A DNA stretch of 52,502 nt, filler included, from Stramenopiles sp. TOSAG23-2 (taxonomy: Eukaryota), in assembly GCA_900128395.1 (NCBI GenBank). It is 3 parts of 3 records of this genome, joined end to end, with 100 filler letters (N's around TTAATTAATTAA, not from the genome) between each part and the next. Parts side by side here need not be neighbours in the genome. Positions count along the whole stretch, not along the records: positions 1 to 17,449 come from LT649643.1; positions 17,550 to 34,977 come from LT649644.1; 1 more part is not named here. One strand, given 5' to 3'. A program made the translations under genes and the position numbers. The notes below the pieces were generated by a model. That model saw only the letters and a list, made by a program, of their open reading frames with translations. It did not search any database and was not told the DNA's origin. This document shows, piece by piece, positions 11,077-22,033 of this stretch (within the stretch, counting starts at the first letter, position 1; every line of letters starts with the position of its first letter).

Positions 11077-11358
11077 AAAACTTAATCATACAGTGAATAT
11101 ATCCAGATTCGGGTACGTAAACGCTATGTTCGTGTAGTTTAAGATGGAGATATGGAAGAAGAGGAATGTTGTACTTAAACGCTATATTCGTATTGTATAC
11201 GCCATTTCCTATGAGATATAAGTTTTATACAATGGACAATATGGAGATAATAGATTCTAATTCGATATAATAGATTCTAATTCAAAATCCAAGTCTCCGG
11301 CGGCCCCTTGATGAAGTAGAAGGTCTACGCCATGAATTCACACTAAACAATCTTTGTT

Positions 11359-14300
11359 CTATTTCATACCTTGCAAATTACTAATATTTGAAGCCCGTGC
11401 TGGATTTAACACCGTTTGTTCTCTGCCGGAAACTATTGACCCAGCGACATTTCCTTTGTTATTTCTTCTTTCCTGCAATTCAACTTCACTCATGTCCCAC
11501 GTGTTGCTTCTATACCTTTCATCAGCCAAATGATTGTTACTTTGACCATTTTTCAAATTTGACCATTGTTTCTTTTTTCTTTCCCAGAGCTTATACCCTA
11601 CACCGCCTAAACAACAACAACAAACGAAAACAAACAACCCAATAACAATTGGTGACAACAATATATTGGCCAGATTATTGTTTCCACTTGTATCTTTATT
11701 ATTTACCACTACAGCATCTTCATCATTCATGCCTGGTTGTTTTGAATGAGCAACTCTTTGTGCAACTATTTCTCCTTGTCCAATGTCTTCTACGTTGGCT
11801 TTTTTTAAACCAGTTTCAGTTACAATAAAAAAATTCAATTTATCTATATAATTACTTGCTTTCGTCTCTGAGAGAATAGTCTGTCCAATTTCTTTATTAC
11901 CTACATCAATTGAATATACAATTTTAATGCCCGGACCATCAGCAAGCAACCGCCTTCTTTGTCCATAATATGTTTCAATAGAAACAATTTTTATAAAAAT
12001 TTTATCTATTCCTAACGACAAGGCAAGGGCTTTTGTAACATGTTCTTTTTGATCTGTTACTTCTTGGAGGTTCACGCCAGACAATATAAACGCTTGTTTA
12101 ATAGTTTCTTTCTCCGCCGCCTCTTGTTTTTTTACTGGACAGTCGCCGTTATCGTATTTACAGGCTTCAACATTACATGCAATATCACATACTTGATTAC
12201 CAAGTTGGCCGGAGTCACATAAAGGTGCGCATTGGGGTAAACGATTTGTTGCTGGTGGTGGTGAAGGAATTGGGGTATATTTTACACAACGTTTTCCTCG
12301 GTACAAATTATTTGTTCCTGGTGGACAAGCTTGACAATAATTGTCATGCGTTGAATTTCCAGATTTCAATAACATCTCGTCCACGCTACAATCCCACTGG
12401 GTTTTTTTAGATACACATGCGTTTGAATCTTTCAAATAGTACCCATCGTCACATTCACAAGCGTTATCTTTTGTTTTATCATCAGAATAAATAGTTTTTC
12501 CATTTGAACAACTCAACCAATTTTTGGACTTGCATGTAGACATATCTTTGCTACGATAGTAATAGGAAGAGCATTCTCGACATTTTAAATCAACTTCCGA
12601 GCTACTGTGCGTGCCTGGAGGGCAGAACCCGCACACATTGTCCGCAGTTAAATTTCCTTTTCTTATTGTTAAATGTGGTGCACATCGAGTCCACCTTTTA
12701 CATGCACTCATTCCTGCTTTACGATAGTCTCCTCCCCTACTACTATACGAAAACTGACAATCGTGACAAGTTTCATCTCTACCCCACACATCAAAAGCAG
12801 AGCGGCCGGGTGGGCATGATTGGCAAGTAAAATCATTGCCGCCTGTCCCGTGTGTAACAATAGTAGAATTAGGGAAACACGGTTTATGGGCTACACACTC
12901 TCCCTTACCATTGCTCCAAAATCCACTTTCACAAATAAATAATTTAGTCGAAACCATTTGCATATTTGTTGTTGTTTCGGTGTAAGATTTAAAACAAAAC
13001 ATAGGGAAAAGTGAGCTTCCAACAGTCGAATTATCAACACGCGCAGTAACATCGTTAGACGTCGAATACCATACATTATTTGCGGGGTTCGATTGCGCAT
13101 TATTGAAAAAACAATGTTTATGATATCCATACAATCCATATGAAGGTTTATAATTATAGTCATCATACGTAATTGTCTTTGCGTATTGATGCCCAAACAA
13201 ATTTGATACATAGTCGCATTCATCTTTACTTAACATACAATTGGTTCTACCATCTTTCTTTGTTGGGGTGTGTAAAATGATTAGTTCACTTTTCCCGTTA
13301 CAGTCACTACTATTTCCCTTACATGGTTTAATCTCCATACCAGGCATTGCCTTTGTACAAATGCCACTTGTTGTACAATTACGGCAACCAACTGGGCAGC
13401 AAACTGTGTCTGCATTTTTTTGACATGGAATTTGAACACCACTAAATTTGCACTCGCTACATTTCACTGGGGTACCAACAGGCCTTTTACAGATGCATTT
13501 GGGTGAAGGAGCCCCATCCACATATGCGCCGCAATTATTTTCTTTGCTACCATTCTTAACAAACTGATACGAGTATATACTCATTTTTTTTGAGCTTATA
13601 TATTTTGATTTTACCAAACAACCGCTTGGTTCAACTATTACATCGCTATACCGGCCATCATAATACGACGCGTTGGATAATATTGTTGAATACGCAAATA
13701 AACCTTTTGTAGCAACATCACATTCTTCTATACTTGTAATTTGGAAAGGGCAGCTGTACAAATAATGTTGTGCGTGAACGTTGTGTTAGAAATATATTCG
13801 TATACAACAAAAATTCCGAGAGACTATATATATAAACTATATTTAAATATGTGGAAAAGAAAAAAACTTACAAACCCCAACTTTGAACATAATACGAATC
13901 CATTTGACTGGTGTAATATCCATCCATGACTTCATTGCACCCGTTAACATAGAGCATTGTGTTCCCTTTGGAAAGAGAGAAGTCCCATAAATACCCGTAG
14001 CTATTCCGCGGGTAACGCGTCATAGTTTCAAACGATCGTAATGGAGAAGAAGAGCTACACGATTTACATCCTTCCCAAATGCACCCAATAGTATTTGTGG
14101 AATTCACATTACATTCTTGCGCAACCGATCTCTTGATAGTAAACAAATTCGTATAACTATGCTTGTATGTAAAATCATAGCATCTTGCACATTTCCTATC
14201 GTTATTATTTATATTATCACAAGGGTGACTTCCGTACCTTCCTTCAACACATATTGTGCATGGAATCTGTAAACAAAAACGTTGGAAGTTTTATTGTGTT

Positions 14301-17300
14301 AGTGGTCTATATATATAAATAAATATTTCAAGTTTGATTTACTTACTGGTTTTGGGTATTGTGTTTCTATTATATTCTTCTTACAAATACAAGTTTGACC
14401 ATTCGAGTTACACTTGTTGTAAAAATTATATGCAACAAGTTGAGGATCGACTTGATTATTTTGATACAAATGATCATTATTAAAAGAGCAACCTGGTGGA
14501 TACTGAAGTTGATTTCCAGCCGATACAAGTTCAGCGTCATCACGTACTCCAGTAATTATAGATTTATTTTTTAAATATGTAACAGCATGTTCACATTCCT
14601 TAACTGTTTGTATGCCATGTTCGCACTTTTCACCACTAGTACCAGTAGTGTATTGCACAGGTGCCTCAATACATATACACCTTCGGTCATTTGTACAGTC
14701 ATCAGTCGCCGTATTCTTAAAGAACGCATATGTTTTGTAATATTCATATACATACTGCCCATTTTCGTAATCAGCAGTTGTTCTCCTAACAATATAACAA
14801 CCCTTTGGAATGTTACCAGAAGGAAATCGGTTAACGTAATTTGGCCCCCAGGCTGCACTTTCTTTGGAATTTACATAACCTGTTTTTATATCTGCACCTA
14901 TTTGCGCTGCTGCTGTTTTGCATTCCTGCCAAGATGTTATGTAAGTCGTGCATCTACCAGAGTATTTCAATTTGTACGTCTTTGTTACAGTTGTTTCTAC
15001 ATTCTCAAGTATAAAACCTTTCTTTGCTCGGGTGCACTTAACTTCTGGTGGATATTTAACCCCGTATCTTGTCACACTTTCAAACGTGCATTTAGAACAA
15101 TTTTGTGAACACGGCTCAATAGCATCATTTCTTAGTAAAAACCCTGGTTCCGCAAGAGTACACCTTGTTGTATTCAAGATATTATAATGATAACAAGCTT
15201 TGCACCCAGTTGAACAAGGTATGCAGGTGTTAGATGCAGCATTATTAAAACACGTTTTACACCCTTTATCGCAGCAATGGGTATCTGTTGAAGCTGTGCA
15301 GGATGCTACCGTGACACCGCTATCGCACGATGTACATTTAAATGGGCGATTTAAAACCAAATAATACCCTGACGCCGGTTCCACGCACAACGAAGTATTT
15401 TTACATGATTTACATCCTGCTTCACAACTATAAATGCATTTATTTACGTCTTTTAAACATTGGCCAGACATAGAAAATTCGCTGTACTTTCCATCTGGGC
15501 ATGTAAGGCATTGTTGAATGTTTAAATTGCTGTCAAGAAACCAACCGTTTCCCGCTTTTGTACAATGAGTTAAGTCTGAACATTCAGCGCAGTGCGCTGC
15601 ACACGCTTGGCAGGTTTCATATGAGTACCCGTTCTGTATAGTATGATTAAACATTCCAACAGGGCAGCTTTGGACACACACTGGACGATACGGATCGGTC
15701 ACTTCATCCTTTTTAAAATTTCCAGTACATTCAGAGCATGAAATCTGAAATCCCTCTTGATTCATTTTAAAAAGTTCAGAACATGTTGCACACCCAACAG
15801 GGCATGGATGGCACAATGAAGAATTTCCATAGTAACCTGAGGGGCAACTAGACACGCACACTCCCTCGTGTAAATATGCAAACTTATCACACTTTCGGCA
15901 TGTTCCTGCATTTTCCACTTGACTTGGTTCCAACCATGGCAAAGACGTAGTAGTAATACAGTCGGTACACCTTCCTAAATTTTTCCACCGTTTGATAGTT
16001 TCACTTTTAACAGCAATTAACTCATCGCTTCCGGGGCCTGAGCAAACGGAATGTACGTTGTTTATCCCTAACCTGGTTGGAGGTTGTTTACAAATGCAAC
16101 CGCCACCTTCCAACGAGCTTACCTGGCTTAGGGATAAACAACTATAATACTGAGACGTTTCTCCTTCGTTGAAAAACACACCCCTCTCATAGGAGTTTTT
16201 CTTATAAGAACAGCCAGGAGGATAATATTCACTTCGCCAAATTGATAAATTTCCATCTACTAATTGCCCCGCTACAGTTTTGCATTCATTAAAGTCAGTA
16301 ATAATTTCTGAACCAACTTGCCCCCAACATCCACTGCTTTGTCGGTTTTCGACATACCTGTAACCCGTTCCTCCTTCATCACCATCGTTAAAATAAACCG
16401 TCTTATTTTCAACATAACAACTTAAAGGAGGAATAAAACCAGTAATAGAATTCTCAAAAGGTTGGTCAGCACTTGATCTTACCCGCTTTGATATTAGATT
16501 CTTTACTGTTACAGTACTTTCATACCCCAAACGCGCAGCAGCAACTTTACACTCTGTAAAATTATTAACACGCGAATGGCCGAGAATAGATGTACAATTG
16601 TTATTGGTTTCATTTTCAACGTAATATCGTTTTGCTGGACATTGGATATCCCAAATACAACCAAGGTTGTTGTTACACGTATATTCTGACACAGGGGAAA
16701 TTTCTGAGCATGGTACTCTACCATGCAAATATGTTGATCCACCTTCTGGCTGACTAATAATTGTCAGAGTGTCAGTCTCTGCACACTGTGCAGGGACAAA
16801 CGTCGCAGGGCCTTGGCTGTATCCACACAGGCATCTCATATTGAAAGGACAAACCGTGCTGTAAGATGTGACATGTGAACCTTGGACTAATAAACTACTC
16901 CCTTCTTTCACACAACCTTTTGGGTAGTTGTTGTTTCCATTGGGGCAGCCCCAAGGGCAGCTTGGGGTTCCAACGGTATTGTACCAGATTCCCAATTTCT
17001 GTGCCGCCTGTTCGCACGTGTCATAACTTGTAATCCTTTCCCCTGTTCCGCATTTCTTTTCACCATTTCCCGTTATAAAGTAAAAATGACTAGGGCCGTA
17101 CGTCGTTTTTTCATTTTGCCATTCGCACCCTAAAGCTTTTCCACAATCCGTTTCAGTAAGTTGCGCACACGGTACAAAGGCGGAGAGGGTGTCATTCAAT
17201 GCCGTAGACTTGTTGTGAACGGCTTCGTATTTGCATTTCTTTGCCATTTGCATGGACGATATGCCTGTCCATACCAACGATGATAGATATATTACTAATA

Positions 17301-17331
17301 TTAAAACATGTTGTCGCGTCAACAACAACAT
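11359..17331 (-). CDS. Large Cys-rich type I membrane protein (~1924 aa); exons 17331-14347, 14266-13872, 13753-11359
   Basis: Three track ORFs join in frame across two GT-AG introns. N-terminal signal peptide, furin/TNFR-like CxxC repeats, ITSxxECxxAA...PxGC repeats, one LNR-like repeat, RRRLL, a hydrophobic TM segment, then a KKK stop-transfer and cytoplasmic tail. Confidence 0.85.
13754..13871 (-). other. Spliceosomal intron 2 (118 bp, phase 2) of the Cys-rich receptor
   Basis: GTAAGT donor, TTCTAAC branch point, GTACAG acceptor; gives ...SWGFCPFQITSIEEC in frame. Confidence 0.85.
14267..14346 (-). other. Spliceosomal intron 1 (80 bp, phase 0) of the Cys-rich receptor
   Basis: GTAAGT donor, CACTAAC branch point, TTTACAG acceptor; joins YPKP to IPCTIC in frame. 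Confidence 0.88.
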
Positions 17332-17449
17332 TATTCTATTTTTTTCTTTTTCTAATTCCGTTCAATCACACAAGGCGTGGTACAGAGGGTTTTCTATAAT
17401 GAGAATAAAAAACGATAAAAAGACGTTTGTACACACGTATATAACTGTC

Positions 17450-17549
17450 NNNNNNNNNNNNNNNNNNNNNNNNNNNNNNNNNNNNNNNNNNNNTTAATTA
17501 ATTAANNNNNNNNNNNNNNNNNNNNNNNNNNNNNNNNNNNNNNNNNNNN
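17450..17549. other. Artificial contig linker
   Basis: 44 N + TTAATTAATTAA (stops in all six frames) + 44 N. Confidence 0.99.
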
Positions 17550-18166
17550 TCTATTGTGGAAGTAGATTTAGAGGTACTTTTAAAAATGTTGAAAAACATG
17601 AAGGTGTTTGCAGTTGGAAAAAGGTATAGAATTACATATTAGAGAAGTTAAAGTGATGATAATGAGATTTTTAATATATTGCACTATAATGTGATTCAAA
17701 TATATATCAAATTTTTATTTGGTGCTTTGTTGTACTATACACACTACTAGGACTACACTCTGGCACTATATTCTCTATTATACCAGCGCGGTATAATGCT
17801 GTGTGGTATATAATAGTATATATATTGGCAATGTTCATTGTGTTCAATTATTTTATTATTTTAATAGTGTACCGTCTTATTTTTTCATTTCCGTGATCGT
17901 CTATACCATTTAATATATATGGTGCTTTATGTGGTACAGTATTAAGATCCGGATATATGTAATACGGAATACTGTAAATGAATTACAAGAACTGATGTAC
18001 ACATGGATATAAGCAAAAAACATATATATACATGAATAGAAAAAAAAACAGAAAAGTTTTTGCATAGGACTATATATCTATATAATAAATATTTCAGGCG
18101 AAATAAATCAATATCATATATATAAATTCTCGTATATAGTGCACACATATGCATCATTCAATTAAA

Positions 18167-19702
18167 ATGGGTGACCGAGGCTCTAAAAAGCTAGATAGGA
18201 TCGTCTCTATGCCGAACCTCTCTATTAAAAAGGGGTTGAAGGGATCGACTAACGAAGATCACGTTATTTTCGACGCAACGAGAGTAGCAGTGTTTGAATT
18301 AGAATCTACTGCGTCTGAGAATAAGAAGAAAAGAATATTTTATGGAAATAGGAGTAAATCAATTTGGAACATGAGGACATCAAGAGCTAGAGGTCAAACC
18401 GAATATTGTAAAAGGGTCGAGAGTATTTTAAATGAAGAAAGGAAAACAGAGAAGAGAAATGAGAAGAAAGATGAGAAGAGAAATGGGAATAAAGATGAGA
18501 AAAGAAATGAGAAGAAAGATGAGAAGAAAGGTAACCCCCCCCGAGGAAGAGTAACCGTGTATAAAGAAGGTGTCCAATACTCAAGAGGAAAGAAAAAAGG
18601 CTTTCTTCTGCAATTTTCATTATGGGTGTTTCTAATAATATTTGGTGGCGCTGTTTTTCACTGGATTGAGTTTGAGATAAATGAAGCTGAAGTGAGGGAA
18701 CAAGAGCGTCACTTGGCAGAGGTAAAAGCATATTTCAATCACAACGAGACTGTTTTGGCATATCTACAGAAGCATTATATTGTGTTTGATGAAAGAACTT
18801 TCAGCCATCGTTGGTATTATTCCAGCAGTATATTTTTTGCGTTTACACTTTTTACTACGATTGGCTATGGTAGGACTAGCCCCAGCACGGTTTTGGGGCA
18901 AGCGGCTGTAATTGTTTTTAGCATTGTTAGCATTCCTCTAGCCAATGATGTTATAGATTTTGCGGCAGAACGGGCTATGGATGTTTTAACTTATATATAT
19001 GCATTATTCCGAAAAATATCATTATTTCTTAAACTAGATGATGCAAAAGCGTATGAGGACAGTATTGAGAAAATAGCATTCGCTCGATTGGGTGTTAAAG
19101 AAGGGGACACCCTCACCTTGAAAGAATATATAAAAGCCCTTGATGCATTGGAAATAACATACAAAACATCTACAGTAGAAAGACATTTGGAAAAGCAGGA
19201 GGTTACTAAAAAAGATTTTGTCAAGCTTGTAAAAGACTTAAAAATTAATATTATGGTGGTAGCGACAAAGCATAACAAGTTAAAAATTGTTACAATTGGC
19301 CTAGTTTCGTTGTTTTCGATCGGAACTCTATTTATGATTCTTATAGAAGATTGGGGGCTTTGGAAAGCTACCTATTTTGCATTTGTGACAATAACCACAG
19401 TCGGCCTTGGTGACGTAGTCCCTGAAACAATTTTAGGGCAGCTGCTTATTATGACGTACGCTTTGTATGGCCTTGGCATAATGAAAATTCTTTTTTCTAC
19501 TCTGTCTTCAAAGTTAAAAGAAAACGCAGATTCTTTGCACAATCGTTATTCTTTTTGGAATAAAAACGATCCAGAAGATGAGAAGAATAGGAACTCATGG
19601 GATGGTAATGACAGTGAAGATGAGAAGAATAGGAACTCATGGGATGGTAATGCCAGTGAAGATGAGAAGAATAGGAACTCATGGGATGGCCAAAGAGCAT
19701 AA
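18167..19702 (+). CDS. Two-pore-domain (K2P) potassium channel
   Basis: Pore loops FFAFTLFTTIGYG and YFAFVTITTVGLGD, four TM segments, cap-like M1-P1 linker (FHWIEFEINE...). Start could be 18149 or 18167. Confidence 0.93.
   Translation: MGDRGSKKLDRIVSMPNLSIKKGLKGSTNEDHVIFDATRVAVFELESTASENKKKRIFYGNRSKSIWNMRTSRARGQTEYCKRVESILNEERKTEKRNEKKDEKRNGNKDEKRNEKKDEKKGNPPRGRVTVYKEGVQYSRGKKKGFLLQFSLWVFLIIFGGAVFHWIEFEINEAEVREQERHLAEVKAYFNHNETVLAYLQKHYIVFDERTFSHRWYYSSSIFFAFTLFTTIGYGRTSPSTVLGQAAVIVFSIVSIPLANDVIDFAAERAMDVLTYIYALFRKISLFLKLDDAKAYEDSIEKIAFARLGVKEGDTLTLKEYIKALDALEITYKTSTVERHLEKQEVTKKDFVKLVKDLKINIMVVATKHNKLKIVTIGLVSLFSIGTLFMILIEDWGLWKATYFAFVTITTVGLGDVVPETILGQLLIMTYALYGLGIMKILFSTLSSKLKENADSLHNRYSFWNKNDPEDEKNRNSWDGNDSEDEKNRNSWDGNASEDEKNRNSWDGQRA
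18449..18529 (+). repeat. Coding 24-bp tandem repeat (EKRNEKKD) in the K2P N-terminus
   Basis: GAGAAGAGAAATGAGAAGAAAGAT-like unit, about 3.3 copies. Confidence 0.85.
19574..19689 (+). repeat. Coding 42-bp tandem repeat (EDEKNRNSWDGNxS) at the K2P C-terminus
   Basis: Units start at 19574, 19616 and 19658. Confidence 0.95.
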
Positions 19703-19862
19703 GGACTGTAGAAATGGTGACAAATTTATATAAAATCTCATTTTGTAGAATCTAGAATAATGTACATACTTGAAATACCCACTGTATAATGTTTACATTT
19801 AATCACATTAACATGTGTTCATGTAACTCAATAAAAGCAAAACAATTTTAATTCGATTAATA

Positions 19863-19982
19863 TTTTACATGTTGTTTTTTAGACACATATTTAATATCTA
19901 TTATAGATACTCGTATAGATATATAATTGAATAAATTTTACATGTTGTTTTTCAGACACATATTTAATATCTATATAGATAT
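19863..19982. repeat. Short intergenic direct duplication (~45 bp, two copies)
   Basis: TTTTACATGTTGTTTTT(T/C)AGACACATATTTAATATCTAT occurs twice about 72 bp apart. Confidence 0.8.
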
Positions 19983-20401
19983 AGATATATATATATAGTT
20001 TAAATATCTTAAAGTTTTAAGGTATTCCTTCACGGTGGAGTGGACAAAAGATCCATGAAGACCAGGAAGACCTTGGGTATTTTAATTTGTTTTTAGAAGA
20101 TTGGCTTTTTAACCTTAATATAATAAAGTATTATTTGATCGCGCACAACACAACACATGTGCTATTCTAATACCTGTAATAAAATAATAAAATGCATTTT
20201 GTACGCTGTGTGGTGCACTGCTGGTGGTGGTATATAAAATTGGAAAAAAAGTCTACAATGTTCTATTTATTCTGCAACATTCATATATTCATAAAATATA
20301 TAATATATATAGTTGCATCATTGTTCTCATTTGCCGGCTTGGGACTGCATCTAACTCCCTTGGCCCGGAAGCGACGAGCCGAAGCTGCGTGCTGGGATCC
20401 C

Positions 20402-21649
20402 ATGAGCAAGCGAAAGTTTGCGAAGGCCATGGTAGATGCAAGTACAGAACCGTTGCGACGAGTACTAATCGTGGGCACCGGTATGACCGGTGCTCTAACG
20501 GGGTATCATCTTAGACAGCGGATGGGCAAGGGAATGCGGCTAGAATTTGCGGACATGGCAAGAGGTGCTGGAGGCCGGATGTCGACAACACGGTGGGGCA
20601 ATCCCGAAGTTCGAGCTAATACTGGCGCTCAGTGTATCAGCTGTTGTTTCCCGGAAACCGAAACGCTACTAGAAACCGTTTGTGCACAAAGTGGGAAGCA
20701 AGCGCTGTGCCCCCCCATTGAGCGGGTCGCCAAGCCTCCCAGACGCAGCACCCACTTTTTGCTCAAGCCAGACGATGCATACTCGCATTGGATACCACGG
20801 TACGGCACGAACCGGGTTGTGAAAGCTTTTCTTTACGCTGGAAATCCAGAATGCGTATCTTTCGGCTCGCGCCTACAACAACTAACAGTGCGAGACGTAG
20901 ATGGAAAAATCTGCCCTAGATTCGATCGTGGCGGTGACTCACTTTCGTCGTCGTTTGATTGTGTCGTTTTAGCAATGCCACCAAAAGATATTCTTAGATT
21001 TTTCAACGTGCATGGTGGCCCGGACGCTCAATCTCAGGCTGATTTGCACCGAAGAACGAACAAAGGCCATCGAAAGAAACTTCAAGCGCCGCCGAATAAT
21101 CACGGTAGAATAGTGCTGGAGAAGAGCGTGCTTAGAAAACTACGTGGACCCTCATTCATTGGCCGATATTCTCTTGCACAGTGGTTCGAGGATGGAGATG
21201 CTTTTGTCAGTGCAGTGTGTGCTGGGTGGACCTCTCTAAAAGATTCCCATGGGGTTATAGACATGATTTCCGTACAGCCCGGAGGTGTTCTAGTTGTGCA
21301 GTCTACTGTGGAACTTTGGCGTCAAGTGGAAGGCAGTGGGCGAAGGAGAGGCGGAGGCAAAGGTAAACGTAGCAAAGCAGTCAACGGTGGAGGTCGTAAG
21401 GCTGCCCAGGCCAGGTTGGTATCAGCATTGGAGGGCCTTGCCGGGCGGCGAATGCCACGCCCTAAGCACACGAAATTACTGAATTGGCGTACAAGCCAGG
21501 TTTCTCCACCACTTTCTGGAAACGAGTCGGTGGTGACCGCTGCGGGCGGCCGTCTCGTGTTTACTGGAGACTGGTGCGTTGAGTCAAGCTTTGAGGGTTG
21601 TAATCGAGCTGCGATAGCATCCGCCGAGGCTGTGATGATGCAAAAATAA
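20402..21649 (+). CDS. Renalase-like FAD/NAD(P)-dependent oxidoreductase
   Basis: RVLIVGTGMTG, DMARGAGGRMSTTR, ANTGAQCIS, FDCVVLAMP, WRTSQV, GDWCVESSFEGC. Start at 20402 (or 20429); the ORF-track extension to 20192 is AT-rich non-coding sequence. Confidence 0.85.
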   Translation: MSKRKFAKAMVDASTEPLRRVLIVGTGMTGALTGYHLRQRMGKGMRLEFADMARGAGGRMSTTRWGNPEVRANTGAQCISCCFPETETLLETVCAQSGKQALCPPIERVAKPPRRSTHFLLKPDDAYSHWIPRYGTNRVVKAFLYAGNPECVSFGSRLQQLTVRDVDGKICPRFDRGGDSLSSSFDCVVLAMPPKDILRFFNVHGGPDAQSQADLHRRTNKGHRKKLQAPPNNHGRIVLEKSVLRKLRGPSFIGRYSLAQWFEDGDAFVSAVCAGWTSLKDSHGVIDMISVQPGGVLVVQSTVELWRQVEGSGRRRGGGKGKRSKAVNGGGRKAAQARLVSALEGLAGRRMPRPKHTKLLNWRTSQVSPPLSGNESVVTAAGGRLVFTGDWCVESSFEGCNRAAIASAEAVMMQK

Positions 21650-21689
21650 AAATTAAAAATTTATATATTAAAAATATACCAAATTATTG

Positions 21690-21885
21690 ACACATCTTGT
21701 GAGATAGATATTAATATTGGCCCAGTCACACTGTATTCTTTTAAGAGTAGGAATTGTCATGAGTAGGAAATAAAAAATTAAAATACGCGTACATTTTTAT
21801 AACAATACTAGAATAATATTAGAGTAGTATCCCATTTTTATAAATTACGAAGGCGAAGTTCGAGTAATAAATACGAGTACGATAA
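21690..21885. repeat. Degenerate dispersed repeat, similar to 2641-2850
   Basis: TATTCTTTTAAGAGTAGGAATTGTCATGAGT and flanking blocks match the contig-1 copy. Confidence 0.6.
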
Positions 21886-22033
21886 GAGGAATTATTTTTT
21901 ATATATTTTTACTTATGGTGCTATGCGTAAACTTAAAAAAAATATTTTACTTTTTAATAAAAGTATAAAACATACTTTAAAATATAAAACTCATACGTAC
22001 AATACGTGTGTACATATATACAATCATATATTT

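Noticed and set aside
17494-17505. TTAATTAATTAA as a piggyBac-like TTAA target or palindrome
   Set aside because: Flanked by exactly 44 N on each side and repeated at 35022; synthetic.
20192-20401. N-terminal ORF-track extensions (also 478-519, 24598-24681, 39346-39525, 49778-49789)
   Set aside because: AT-rich or non-ATG upstream read-through; homology begins at the downstream ATG.
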